A DNA stretch of 64,000 nt, from NCBI GenBank assembly GCA_037440225.1, contig JBBIUN010000005.1:103450-167449 (forward strand). Direction: 5' to 3'. Positions 46,226 to 56,006 of the stretch are shown here, piece after piece. Numbering within the stretch: the stretch's first letter is position 1; each line of letters begins with the position of its first letter. The notes beneath the pieces are model-generated. The model had not been told where the DNA came from and did not search any database. It worked only from the letters and a program-made list of their open reading frames with translations. The position numbers were made by a program, and so were the translations under genes. Origin of the DNA: Gemmatimonadota bacterium (GTDB lineage: Bacteria; Gemmatimonadota; Gemmatimonadetes; Gemmatimonadales; GWC2-71-9).

Positions 46226-47737
46226 ATGAACCCGCGATCGTTGGCAGGACCTGCCTTGGGCGCCCTGGTCGCTCTAGCCTGGTGGCCGCTTCCAGCGGGG
46301 GCCCAGAGCGGCGCCGCTCATCAAGTCGAGCTGGGCGCTTTCGGGACGTACACCCGCTATGACCGAACCGCCACCAACCTCGCCGGGCGCTCCGGCGGCG
46401 GGGGACGGCTCGGCTTCTACTTGAGCCGGCTGCTCTCGCTGGAAGCCAACGGCGACTACACGGTGACCAAGCTCTCGTCCACCGACGCCGAGGTCACGAT
46501 CAGCCGGGTGGGCGGCACCGCCCTCTTCCATGCCCGGGCCTTGGGGGCCTACCTGGGTGCCGGCTACGAGCGACTCTATTATCGCGGCGCCCGCGTGGCT
46601 CAGGACAACGGCGGCCACGTGGTTTTAGGCACCATGATGTCGCTAGGGGGTCGCGCTGCGTTCCGCGTGGAAGGGCGGGCCTCATACCTCCCCAACGGGG
46701 GCACCGCAACCAATCGGCCGCTCAACTTCGGTGCCAACGCCGGGGTATCCGTCTTCGCGTTTGGCGGTCCTCCCAGAGACAATGACCACGATCGCGTGGC
46801 CAACAAGCGTGACCGCTGCCCCGATACCCCGGTGGGCGCAGTGGTGGATGCCAATGGCTGCCCGGTGGACAGCGACGCGGACAAGGTATTCGACGGGCTG
46901 GACGCCTGCCCCGGAACGCCGAGCGGTGCGATCGTAGATGACAAAGGCTGCCCTCTGGACACCGACAACGACAAGGTGTTCGACGGCCTGGATCTCTGCG
47001 CCAACACCCCCCTTGGAGCCACTGTGGACGCCAACGGCTGTCCCACCGACGCCGACCGGGATGGCGTCTTCGACGGCTTGGATCGGTGTCCCGACACCCC
47101 CGCCGGCGCCACAGTGGACACCGCCGGCTGCCCCACCGACCAGGATCGTGACGGCGTCTTCGATGGGCTCGATCAGTGCCCCGACACGCCCGCCGGCACC
47201 GAAGTGGACGCGCGAGGCTGCACGGTCCAGCGCGACTCCGACGGTGACGGTGTTTTCGACCAGCAGGATCGCTGCCCCGACACGGCCCCCGGCACCAAGG
47301 TGGACGCGGTCGGTTGCCCCATCATCCAGGAGGTGGTCCAGGCCGCACCGCGGCCCCTGTTCCAAATCGTGGAAGGCAAGGCACAGCCCTTGATCCTCAA
47401 AGGCGTCAACTTCCGCAGCGGGCGCTCGGACCTCACACCGAGTTCGTACGCCGTCCTGGATGAAGTAGCGGCCTCGCTCCTCGCCAACCCGACGGTCAAA
47501 ATCGAGATTGGGGGCCACACCGACGCCACCGGCTCGCGGGCCAAGAACATCCAGCTGTCCTTGGCTCGCGCCATGGCCGTGCGAGCTTACCTGGTCTCCA
47601 AAGGGGTGGGGCCGGAGCGACTGGTGGCCCGAGGATACGGCCCGGACAAACCCATCGCCGACAATAAGACCGTGGAAGGGCGGGCCCAAAACCGGCGCGT
47701 GGAACTCAACCTCTTGTCAGGTCAGCCCGAGAACTGA
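46226..47737 (+). CDS. OmpA-family protein with thrombospondin type-3 repeats
   Basis: Signal peptide, beta-barrel, DxDxDGV repeats, IEIGGHTD, LSLARA, NRRVE. Confidence 0.93.
   Translation: MNPRSLAGPALGALVALAWWPLPAGAQSGAAHQVELGAFGTYTRYDRTATNLAGRSGGGGRLGFYLSRLLSLEANGDYTVTKLSSTDAEVTISRVGGTALFHARALGAYLGAGYERLYYRGARVAQDNGGHVVLGTMMSLGGRAAFRVEGRASYLPNGGTATNRPLNFGANAGVSVFAFGGPPRDNDHDRVANKRDRCPDTPVGAVVDANGCPVDSDADKVFDGLDACPGTPSGAIVDDKGCPLDTDNDKVFDGLDLCANTPLGATVDANGCPTDADRDGVFDGLDRCPDTPAGATVDTAGCPTDQDRDGVFDGLDQCPDTPAGTEVDARGCTVQRDSDGDGVFDQQDRCPDTAPGTKVDAVGCPIIQEVVQAAPRPLFQIVEGKAQPLILKGVNFRSGRSDLTPSSYAVLDEVAASLLANPTVKIEIGGHTDATGSRAKNIQLSLARAMAVRAYLVSKGVGPERLVARGYGPDKPIADNKTVEGRAQNRRVELNLLSGQPEN
46778..47320 (+). 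repeat. Six approximately 90-bp coding tandem repeats (TSP3, Ca-binding)
   Basis: D.D.D.V.D..D.CP.TP.G..VD..GCP repeated six times. Confidence 0.9.
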
Positions 47738-47763
47738 CGAGCACAAGCGCCACCGCCAGCGCC

Positions 47764-49092
47764 ATGAGGCGCATTCTCGCCGTACCGGTCTGGGCCATGC
47801 TGCTGGGTGCCACCCTCCCGGCAGCAGTCCCGGCCCGCGCGCAGCTCGCCATCGTGCCTCCGTACCAAGAGCCTAAGCGGCCCGACTACGCCGCGGAACT
47901 GGCCGCCAGGCGTCGAGTCGAACTGCCTCCGCCACCGCTAGACTGGGGCCGGTTGGCCAGCGGGGAGTTGAACCGGCCCGACTACCTGGCCGAAATCTCG
48001 CCCGGGCACCCGTCCGCACCCCTCCACCTGCCTCCCCCACCTCCCGGGCAGGCACCGGCTCTCGTTCGCGGCCTCTACTTGAATGCGTGGGTGTTTGGCT
48101 CAGCCCGCTTCTATGACCTGGTGGCGCTGGCGGAAAGCACCGAGGTGAACACCTTCGTCATTGACGTCAAGGATGACACCGGGTACCTGACCTATCGCTC
48201 GGCGGTCCCGGTGGCAGCCGAGGTCGGAGCCAATGACCGCCTGCGAGCACCCGATGTGCGCCAACGCCTGGCAGTCCTCCACGCTCGCGGCATCCACCCG
48301 GTCGCCAGAATCGTGGTCGCCAAGGACCCGCTCCTAGCACAGCGCAAGCCCGCGTGGGCCGTCCACGACGTCCAGGGTGGCCTGTGGCGCGATCGCCTCG
48401 GCATCGCCTGGGTGGACGCCTATCGCGACTCGGTGTGGCTGTATGCCGCGGACCTCGCCCGAGAGGCCGTGTTGCTCGGTTTCGCCGAGGTCCAGTTCGA
48501 TTACCTCCGCTTCCCCGACGAACCGCGCTGGCTCTTGGACCGCGCCGTGTTCCCGGCACGGCGCCCCGGCGAGTCGCGGCGCGAAGCGGTCCGGCGCAAC
48601 GTGGCGCTCATGCGGAGCCGAACAGCCGATCTCGGGGTCCCGTTCACCCTCGATCTGTTCGGCCTGTCCACGAGCGCCGACGGCGACCTGGGCATCGGCC
48701 AAGTGTGGGAGGACCTGGCGCCGCTGGCAGATGTCGTCCTGCCGATGGTGTACCCCAGCCATTACCGGCGTGGCAGCTTCGGCATCGAACACCCCAACGC
48801 CGCACCCTATACCACCGTCCGCCGGGCCCTGGAAGACGGCTTGCGGCGCAATGCGCGGTTGCCGAACCCTCCCAAGATCCGACCTTACCTTCAGGCCTTC
48901 TCCATCTTTCGGGTGCGCTATCGCCCCGAAGAGATCCGCGCCCAAATTCGGGCCGCCGAAGAACTGGGGCTCCTCGATTGGGTGCTCTGGAATGCCCGGG
49001 GCGTTTACCCGGCAGGCGCCCTGCGGCCCTCAGGCACGGGACCCACGGGCTCCCCGGCGGTCTCGACATCCTCCCTGCGACCCCCGGGCTGA
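47764..49092 (+). CDS. Putative glycoside hydrolase (DUF4015-like)
   Basis: VRGLY, VIDVKDDTG, ARIVVAKD, GFAEVQFDYLRFPD, PMVYPSHY, RPYLQAF. Confidence 0.85.
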   Translation: MRRILAVPVWAMLLGATLPAAVPARAQLAIVPPYQEPKRPDYAAELAARRRVELPPPPLDWGRLASGELNRPDYLAEISPGHPSAPLHLPPPPPGQAPALVRGLYLNAWVFGSARFYDLVALAESTEVNTFVIDVKDDTGYLTYRSAVPVAAEVGANDRLRAPDVRQRLAVLHARGIHPVARIVVAKDPLLAQRKPAWAVHDVQGGLWRDRLGIAWVDAYRDSVWLYAADLAREAVLLGFAEVQFDYLRFPDEPRWLLDRAVFPARRPGESRREAVRRNVALMRSRTADLGVPFTLDLFGLSTSADGDLGIGQVWEDLAPLADVVLPMVYPSHYRRGSFGIEHPNAAPYTTVRRALEDGLRRNARLPNPPKIRPYLQAFSIFRVRYRPEEIRAQIRAAEELGLLDWVLWNARGVYPAGALRPSGTGPTGSPAVSTSSLRPPG

Positions 49093-49144
49093 ACAGCCAT
49101 CCCCTTGTTCCCGAGCAGCCCGCGCGTGCGTCGCGGCCCCAGTG

Positions 49145-51181
49145 CTAGGTCTCCGACCTCCCCGGCCGCCAGGCCGTGATGTACCCCGCTATCGCGCTCG
49201 CGGCCGTGGTGTACGGGCTCGCCAGATACAGTTGCCCTGGGCCCGATCGCCCGGGGAAATTGCGGTTGATGGCCGAGATCGTCACCGTACCGCGGTCGTA
49301 CGAGACCCCAGGGCCTGCGTTGATGCACGCCCCACAAGAAGGCTCGATGAAAACCGCCCCCACCCGCTCGAAGATTTCGAGGTAACCCCGCTCCTCACAG
49401 TACCGCTTCACTTCCTGTGAGCCGCACTGGACGTAGCACTTGACATCCGGGTGAACCCGGCGACCCTGAGCCAAGGCGTCGCGGAAGACGGCCGCGTACA
49501 TGTCCATGTCCGCCTTCTTCCCAGCGGTGCAGGAGCCCGCGTAGGCGATGTTCACCTTGACCGGCCCCCCCAACTCGCTGATGAACACCCCGTTGCCGGG
49601 ATCCCCTGGTAGTGCCACCATCGGTTCCAGGGTCCCCGCGTCCAGCTCGATGACCTTCTCCCATTCCGCGTCCGGGTCCGAGTAGAGACCCTCCAGCAGC
49701 GGCCGAACCTCCTCCGGCCGAAGCCCTCGTTCTCGCTCCAGAAACTCGAGAACCTTCTCATCCGGGCGAATGATGCCGGTGAACGCCCCGACCTCGGCTG
49801 CCATGTTCGTCATGGTGGCTCGCTCATCAACTGAGAGCGCCTCCACGACCTCGCCGCCGTACTCGACCAACTTGCCGATCGCGTGGCCTTCCTTGACGTA
49901 CGGGTGCCGGAGGATCTGCAACATGAGATCCTTCGCGGTCACCCCGGCCGGCTTGCGCCCCGTGATGCGGATGAGCACGGAGGGTGGCACCTTGATGCGG
50001 ACATCCTTGGTCAACCAGGAGTTGAAGATTGCCGTGGTACCGACCCCGAAGGCCACGCTGCCGATGGCCCCCGCGTGCGGCGTGTGCGAGTCGCTGCCGA
50101 TGATCAGGTGACCCGGCAAGGCGTGCGCCTCGAGGATCTTGGAGTGACAGATCGCCTCCGACCCCACCGGGATCCCCATACGACCCAATACCCGCCGATC
50201 CAGCTCCCCGTACAACCGAACGCCCTGCCGCCGGGCAAACGCTTCTTGCTTGCGCTTCAGTTCCAGCGCCACGTCGAGCAGGCCTTGGGCCTTGCGCTCC
50301 TCGGTCATGGCCAGTTCCAGAAACGTCAGATGGTCCCGGAAGAAATACACCGAGCCGGGATCCACGATGGGGTGGTCCGGCCCTACGTAGCGCTCCCAAA
50401 AAATGGCCGCCATGGGCGTCACGTACTCATGACTGAAGCGAATGTCGGTGCGCACGAACCCCTCGTCGCCGGGCTGGACATAAGGGACGCCCACCTCGTC
50501 GCGGGAGAGGTCTCGCACCCAATGCCGGGCGATGATCTTCTCGGCGAGGGTCATGGGCCGCCGCCGAGTCGCCACAGCCGGCACGCGGACCTTCCCTTGC
50601 AGCCGAGCCAGGTTGTACTGGAACAGGCCCCCGTACTCGATAATCCCCCGCGTGATCTCACCCTCCCCAGCCGTGAAAACCGACAAGGGGATCTCTTCAC
50701 CGCGGCGCACTTTCTCGATGAGCGAAAAATCGGTGCTCGTCAGGATCCCGAGATTCTGACAATTCTCCCCGTAGATCCGCTCGATGCTCTCCGCAAGGAC
50801 CAACCGGATGCCCGCACACCATTCGGCATAGGGGGACTGCTCGCGCGACGACCCCTTGCCGCGCCGTTTGCCGGCCACGGAACACACGAACCGGCCGGCC
50901 TTGACCGAGCCGGGTGTAACGGGAAATTCCCCACCCGCCTTCAAGCCGAGGTAGGGAAAGTCGGCCAACCGCTCATCGTAGTAGTAGCAGATGTAAGCCG
51001 GGGTGATCTCGTCGGTCGAAATGTCGTCTCGTAGCTTGGCCGATACCGGCCAGTCTAGGTCCTCCCCAGCCAACTGCCGCCGGATGAGTTCCGCGTCGTC
51101 CACCAGCAACAAGACCCGGCCCGAGAGACGCACCTGCTTCGGGCGCTTGGTCACCGCTCGCTCCAACAGGTTAGGAATCAT
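49145..51181 (-). CDS. Aconitase-family dehydratase, N-terminal swivel (LeuD-like) fused to LeuC-like domain
   Basis: DDISTDEITP, GSSREQ; then MTLAEKI, DSHT, ERATMTNM, GSCT, CGAC, NRNFPGR, YLASP. Confidence 0.9.
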   Translation of the reverse strand: MIPNLLERAVTKRPKQVRLSGRVLLLVDDAELIRRQLAGEDLDWPVSAKLRDDISTDEITPAYICYYYDERLADFPYLGLKAGGEFPVTPGSVKAGRFVCSVAGKRRGKGSSREQSPYAEWCAGIRLVLAESIERIYGENCQNLGILTSTDFSLIEKVRRGEEIPLSVFTAGEGEITRGIIEYGGLFQYNLARLQGKVRVPAVATRRRPMTLAEKIIARHWVRDLSRDEVGVPYVQPGDEGFVRTDIRFSHEYVTPMAAIFWERYVGPDHPIVDPGSVYFFRDHLTFLELAMTEERKAQGLLDVALELKRKQEAFARRQGVRLYGELDRRVLGRMGIPVGSEAICHSKILEAHALPGHLIIGSDSHTPHAGAIGSVAFGVGTTAIFNSWLTKDVRIKVPPSVLIRITGRKPAGVTAKDLMLQILRHPYVKEGHAIGKLVEYGGEVVEALSVDERATMTNMAAEVGAFTGIIRPDEKVLEFLERERGLRPEEVRPLLEGLYSDPDAEWEKVIELDAGTLEPMVALPGDPGNGVFISELGGPVKVNIAYAGSCTAGKKADMDMYAAVFRDALAQGRRVHPDVKCYVQCGSQEVKRYCEERGYLEIFERVGAVFIEPSCGACINAGPGVSYDRGTVTISAINRNFPGRSGPGQLYLASPYTTAASAIAGYITAWRPGRSET

Positions 51182-51298
51182 CCCAATTGAAGGTGCTGAG
51201 AGTTTGCCGAACTTCCAGGTTGCCTGGAATGAAATGATAACATAAATGAAGCCTGAGGCTCCCTGCCGGACAAGCACCGCGCTACAATACCAAGCACC

Positions 51299-52216
51299 AT
51301 GTCTCAGCGCCCATCCTGCTCGCTCGCTCGCGTTGGCCTCGCCTGCGGGGCCCTCTCCCTGCTGGCGGCTGCACCGGTCACAGCACAACAGCGCGTCCCA
51401 GCCCTGGCAGAGCGAACCGGTACGTTCCAATCCCCCCAGATTACCGAAAGCTCGGGCGTGGCTGCCAGCCGGCAATACCCCGGAGTTCTCTGGACCCACA
51501 ACGACTCGGGGGACGGCCCGATGCTCTACGCCACCGATTTGGCCGGCGATGACCTCGGCCGCTACCTGGTGCCGGGCGCCCGGAACGTGGATTGGGAGGA
51601 CCTGGCCTTGGCACCCTGTCCGCGGACGCCGGGTGACTGCCTCTACGTGGCCGACACCGGTGACAACAACGGAAGGCGGCGCAGCGTCACGCTCTACGTG
51701 ATCGCCGAGCCCCCGGCACGGCCTACGCCAGCCGCGCCGGAAGAGTCCGCTAGGATGGCACCTCGGGCCCACGCTCTGCATATCCGCTATCCCGACCGAG
51801 CCCACGACGTCGAAGCCCTCTGGGTCAACCCGGACGGCACCGTCGAACTGGTCACGAAGGGAACGACCGGCCCCATCCTCCGCTACCGGATCCCGGCAGC
51901 GGCGCTGGCGGGCGATTCGGCAACGGCAGAGCTGGAAGACACGCTTCCCATCGTCCCGCAGCGGGCGCTGGGCCGCTTGGTCACCGGTGCCGCGATATCG
52001 CCCGGTGGCGACCGGATCGTCATCCGGACATACACGGAACTCTACTTCTTCCGGCGCGCGGCAGGAGCGAACCTTGCGCCCGAAGGCCCCCCCTGCTGGC
52101 TGGGAACCCTGGAACCGCAGGGAGAAGCCGTGGCTTTCCTCGATGAAGCCACCCTGGTCCTGACCAGCGAGAGCGTGCTGGGACAGGCCGGCCCCATCCA
52201 CAAGGTCCGATGCTGA
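51299..52216 (+). CDS. Secreted hypothetical protein (probable beta-propeller)
   Basis: Signal peptide, ITESSGVAAS, LWTHNDSG, DWEDLA, YVADTGDN, QGEAVAF. Confidence 0.75.
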   Translation: MSQRPSCSLARVGLACGALSLLAAAPVTAQQRVPALAERTGTFQSPQITESSGVAASRQYPGVLWTHNDSGDGPMLYATDLAGDDLGRYLVPGARNVDWEDLALAPCPRTPGDCLYVADTGDNNGRRRSVTLYVIAEPPARPTPAAPEESARMAPRAHALHIRYPDRAHDVEALWVNPDGTVELVTKGTTGPILRYRIPAAALAGDSATAELEDTLPIVPQRALGRLVTGAAISPGGDRIVIRTYTELYFFRRAAGANLAPEGPPCWLGTLEPQGEAVAFLDEATLVLTSESVLGQAGPIHKVRC

Positions 52217-53886
52217 AACGGGCCGCCCTCACGCGCGTCTGCCTCCTGGCCATGATGGCCGCGACCGCGCCAGCGGCCGCGCAGCGGCCGGCCCGCGAGA
52301 TCGGTGTCCCTGCCCCCCTCGACGCCGCACTTGCCGGACTCACCCCCGAGATGCTGGAAGCACCCCTGCGATTTCTGGCCGACGACTTGCTCGAAGGGCG
52401 CGCGCCGGGCACGCGCGGCGGCGAACTCGCCGCTCGTTACCTGGCCTCGCAGTTCGCCGCGCTGGGACTGCGCCCGGCCGCCCCCGACGGATCGTATTTC
52501 CAGTGGGTTTCCCTGGTGGGCTTGCGACCGGAGGTCTCCTTCGTGATCGGCGCCCAGGGGCGAACCTTGGTTCTCACGAACGGCACCGAAATCGTGGCGT
52601 GGCCTGAACGAGCCGACTCGGTGGTAACCTTGGACGCCGAGATCGTGTTCGCCGGCTACGGCATCACCGCCCCGGAGTGGGACTGGGACGACTACAAGGG
52701 GACAGCCCAGACCGGCCGCATCGTGATGGTGTTGGCCGGCGAACCCAGTTTGGACGACTCCACGCCGTTCCGCGGCCAAGCCCTCACCTCCTACGGCCTG
52801 TGGCAACACAAGATCGAGCAAGCTGCCCGCATGGGAGCGGCTGGGGTGATCCTGGTTTGGGCACCGGGGAGCGGCGCGTTGTCCTGGGAGGCCGTGCGCC
52901 GGAGCTGGTCGGGCGAGCATCTCTTGCCCGATCGCCCGGCACAACATTCCCTGCGATTTGCGGCCTGGATCACCCAGGAGACGGCCCGGCGCCTAGTCGA
53001 GGCCACGGGAAAAGATTACGGCCTTCTGCTCAGGCGCGCAGCGCTCCGGGCGTTCCAACCAGTGGATGTGGGAGCCCGCGTCGCGGCGGATTTCCGGTCC
53101 CGCGTGCGGCACTTCCGGGCCCCCAACGTGGTCGCCCGGCTCGAGGGAGCTGACTCGCTGGGGCGCGAGGAAACGGTGGTGCTGGCCGCGCACTACGACC
53201 ACCTCGGCCTGGGCCTCCCCGAAGCAGGCGATTCGATCTACAACGGTGCGGTGGACAATGCCTCTGGAGTGGCCGTGTTGCTGGGAACGGCGGCGGCGCT
53301 CAGCCGCCTGGCAACCCCGCCGCGCCGGAGCGTAGTGTTCTTGTCACCCACGGCCGACGAAGCCGGCGGCCTCGGCTCCCTGACCTATCTCGCTCAACCG
53401 GCTGGCCGCCTCGAGCGGACCGTGGCCCTGGTTAGCCTGGACCAGGCCAACGTTTGGGGTGCGGCGGCTGACATCATGGCCATCGGCGCGGAGTGGTCCA
53501 CGTTGGATTCCACGGTCCGAGCCGCCGCGCGAGTGGAGAGCCTGATCGTAAGTCCAGAGCCCCAACCGTCACGGGGTGATTTCTATACCGGCGGTCATTT
53601 TGCTTTCGCCCAGGCAGGCATCCCGGCAGTTCTGCTGCGCCCGGGCCTCCAGTTCAGGAATCGGCCGGCAGGCTTCGGGCGTGAAGCCTGGTTGAGCTAC
53701 CTGACCGAGCGCTATCACCGCCCCAGCGACGAGGTCCTGCCCGAATTTGACTTCCACGGCCTGGTCCAGCAGGCCCGCGTCGCAGCCCGTCTGGCCTGGG
53801 CCTTGAGCCAAGCGACGGAGTTCCCCTCCTTCCACCCAGGCGTCGAATTCCGGGCTGCAGGCCTGCGGTTGCGCCGCCAACGCTGA
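52210..53886 (+). CDS. M28 family peptidase with PA domain
   Basis: LADDLLEGR, VFAGYG, AHYDH, GAVDNASG, YHRPSDE. Confidence 0.88.
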   Translation: MLKRAALTRVCLLAMMAATAPAAAQRPAREIGVPAPLDAALAGLTPEMLEAPLRFLADDLLEGRAPGTRGGELAARYLASQFAALGLRPAAPDGSYFQWVSLVGLRPEVSFVIGAQGRTLVLTNGTEIVAWPERADSVVTLDAEIVFAGYGITAPEWDWDDYKGTAQTGRIVMVLAGEPSLDDSTPFRGQALTSYGLWQHKIEQAARMGAAGVILVWAPGSGALSWEAVRRSWSGEHLLPDRPAQHSLRFAAWITQETARRLVEATGKDYGLLLRRAALRAFQPVDVGARVAADFRSRVRHFRAPNVVARLEGADSLGREETVVLAAHYDHLGLGLPEAGDSIYNGAVDNASGVAVLLGTAAALSRLATPPRRSVVFLSPTADEAGGLGSLTYLAQPAGRLERTVALVSLDQANVWGAAADIMAIGAEWSTLDSTVRAAARVESLIVSPEPQPSRGDFYTGGHFAFAQAGIPAVLLRPGLQFRNRPAGFGREAWLSYLTERYHRPSDEVLPEFDFHGLVQQARVAARLAWALSQATEFPSFHPGVEFRAAGLRLRRQR

Positions 53887-53997
53887 TGGCCCTGGCCGCC
53901 CGGCGCCGGATCGCATAAGTTCCCGCCCGTATTTCGCCCTGCGCGGCCCACCATTCAGCAACGGAGTGGCACTCTGGACCTGCCTGCGACCCATCGG

Positions 53998-55101
53998 GTG
54001 CCCATTAGCTGGCTCCGGGAGCACGCCTCTGCGCCCATCAAGTGGCGGACGGTCAATGAGATTCTCCCCCCCCACGGCGCATCAGCCGAGGATCGCGAGC
54101 GGTTGCGAGCCGAGCTGATGAGCTACCGGCCTTTGGTACAAATCATCCACAAGCAGAAGGCCAACGGGACCTGGGGCGACAACATCCTGGGCGTCAATCC
54201 AGCGACTTGGAAGCTTCTCGATGATGGCGGTACAGTGGCGCGTTACCGGCGCCTGCTTGAATTTGGAGCCGTGCCCAACAACCCTGCCTTCGCGCTGACC
54301 GAGCGCACCTTCCGCCTCGCGGAGCGGGTCTTTTTCCGGCTGCTGTCGAGGGATGAAGCCCCAGAATTGGCCTTCGAATTCCGCAAGGCGGTCAAAGCAG
54401 ACGCGGACTTCGGCGCCTGGGTCCGCGGTGCCATGCGCGAAGCCGTCACCGCAGCACTGGCACAGGCCGGGCAGATCGAGGACCCCAGGGTTCGAGGCTC
54501 GGCTCACCGCATTGCATCCGAGATCTCACAGTTCTTACGGAGCGAGTTGGCGGACAAACCGCTCGTCCGGCGCGGCAATCGCACCATTCTGCATCCGGAG
54601 GCTCATCCCCCGACCGTTTTTTCAGTGGACATGGTGGCCTACATGCCCACATTGCAGCGTGAAAGGGCTGGGTTCGTGGAGCGCCTGGCTGCCTTTCTCG
54701 GAAAGTCCGCGCCCACGCGCCCCTACGTCGTAACGGCGGGCAAGCGCATCGTCAAACCCGTTTTCCTGATCTTGGGCGACCCGATCGAGGCAGACAGTGC
54801 CGGCCATCCCAAGGACCTGCCGCGGGCGCTGCACTGGATCGAGACCCTAGTCCGGCTCGGCGCGCTACGCACGTCGGAGACAGCCCAGCGGGTGCTGGCC
54901 CGGTTGCTCGCCGAGTGCGACGACCGGGGCGTCTGGGCACCGAAAAACCTCAGGGCCTTGCCTAAGAGTCCTTCCCGCCTGGCGGACTTTGCCTTCCCGC
55001 TCGAAATGGACGGCAAGACCCCGGAGCGCCGCCAGGCGGACGTCACTTTCCGCCTCGCGCTCATCGCCAAGCTCGCGGGCTGGCAGCTCGAGTTCGTCTA
55101 G
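53998..55101 (+). CDS. Hypothetical protein (helical, possibly prenyltransferase/squalene-cyclase-like barrel)
   Basis: Long ORF with host-like codon use; KQKANGTW (QW-like), ADVTFRLALI. Confidence 0.6.
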   Translation: MPISWLREHASAPIKWRTVNEILPPHGASAEDRERLRAELMSYRPLVQIIHKQKANGTWGDNILGVNPATWKLLDDGGTVARYRRLLEFGAVPNNPAFALTERTFRLAERVFFRLLSRDEAPELAFEFRKAVKADADFGAWVRGAMREAVTAALAQAGQIEDPRVRGSAHRIASEISQFLRSELADKPLVRRGNRTILHPEAHPPTVFSVDMVAYMPTLQRERAGFVERLAAFLGKSAPTRPYVVTAGKRIVKPVFLILGDPIEADSAGHPKDLPRALHWIETLVRLGALRTSETAQRVLARLLAECDDRGVWAPKNLRALPKSPSRLADFAFPLEMDGKTPERRQADVTFRLALIAKLAGWQLEFV

Positions 55102-55177
55102 CGCCAGACCGCCACGCCCCGTACTGGCCAGCCACGCTGTCCAAGCGACGGAGCCTCGCCGTTATCCTGTCGCAGCC

Positions 55178-55222
55178 TTGCCGCGTGCCAACGCGGTTGA
55201 TATAGTAGTTGTAGGAACTACT
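55178..55222 (+). promoter_or_regulatory. Promoter with palindromic operator for the TrmB-like gene
   Basis: TTGCCG, 17 nt, TATAGT; AGTAGTT-N5-AACTACT at 55204-55222. Confidence 0.65.
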
Positions 55223-55230
55223 TCTTCCTC

Positions 55231-55950
55231 GTGACACTAGTAGATTTGACCCCATTCGGGTTTACGCCGACCGAGAGCATGGCGTACCACGCCCTGCTTC
55301 GCGCTGGCCCCCTCACCGGTTATGGCCTGGCCCGCGAACTCTCCATCGCTCGAGCCAACGCCTACCAGGCGCTTCGGGGGCTGCTAGCAAAAGGCGCAGC
55401 CACCCCGCTGGGCGGCGAACGGCCGGAGCGTTACCGTCCCCTCCAACCTTCAGCGCTGCTGGCCCGTTTAGCCGAGCAGCGAGCCCGCCAGCTGGATCGC
55501 CTGGAGCAAGCGCTGGCGCAGGCGCCTTCGGTGGGTGCTACCGCCTCTGTGGACTGGGACGGCGATCGGGCTCTGCTGGATCTCGCCCTTCGCATGGCTG
55601 CGCGCACCAGAGGGCCCCTCTGGTGCCTCGCTCCCACCAAGTTGCTCGTGGCGCTCGCACCAGCCTGGTACAAGCGAACTTCGAACGGAGAGGAAACCGT
55701 GCTCTGGGCGCTGGGCGACGCACCCGCTGACCCTGCGGGCATCCGCATCGCTGGCACAGTGAGCTTGCACCAGGTGGAGCCGTACTTTCCCGGCTCTCCC
55801 GTCCTGCTCCTAGCGCCGGAGGCCGCCCTTGTCGGGGTGCAGGAAGCTGGCGGTTTTCGGGGGCACTGGACTTCGCACCCAGCTCTTGTGGGCGCCGTCC
55901 GTGCCGCGCTGGCGATGCTTGCCGGACTGAACGCAGCATCCAGCCGTTGA
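55231..55950 (+). CDS. TrmB-family HTH regulator
   Basis: FGFTPTESMAYHALL, TGYGLARELSIARANAYQALRGLLAKG. Confidence 0.85.
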   Translation: MTLVDLTPFGFTPTESMAYHALLRAGPLTGYGLARELSIARANAYQALRGLLAKGAATPLGGERPERYRPLQPSALLARLAEQRARQLDRLEQALAQAPSVGATASVDWDGDRALLDLALRMAARTRGPLWCLAPTKLLVALAPAWYKRTSNGEETVLWALGDAPADPAGIRIAGTVSLHQVEPYFPGSPVLLLAPEAALVGVQEAGGFRGHWTSHPALVGAVRAALAMLAGLNAASSR

Positions 55951-55997
55951 CACCATGGCGACGGGATGCGTAGGTTCGCGGTTCAACCAGGCGGTTG
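55947..55997 (+). promoter_or_regulatory. Promoter and palindrome upstream of the TetR gene
   Basis: TTGACA, 18 nt, TAGGTT; CAACC-N4-GGTTG at 55984-55997. Confidence 0.55.
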
Positions 55998-56006
55998 GAG
56001 CGTGCC

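Noticed and set aside
46778-47320. Approximately 90-bp periodic repeats as a non-coding array
   Set aside because: They are in-frame TSP3 repeats within OmpA
51230-51262. dif-like site (TTATGTTATCA on the minus strand)
   Set aside because: Only an XerD-like arm; no XerC arm at the right spacing. The GCATAA half-sites near 53913 and 63880 also lack partners.
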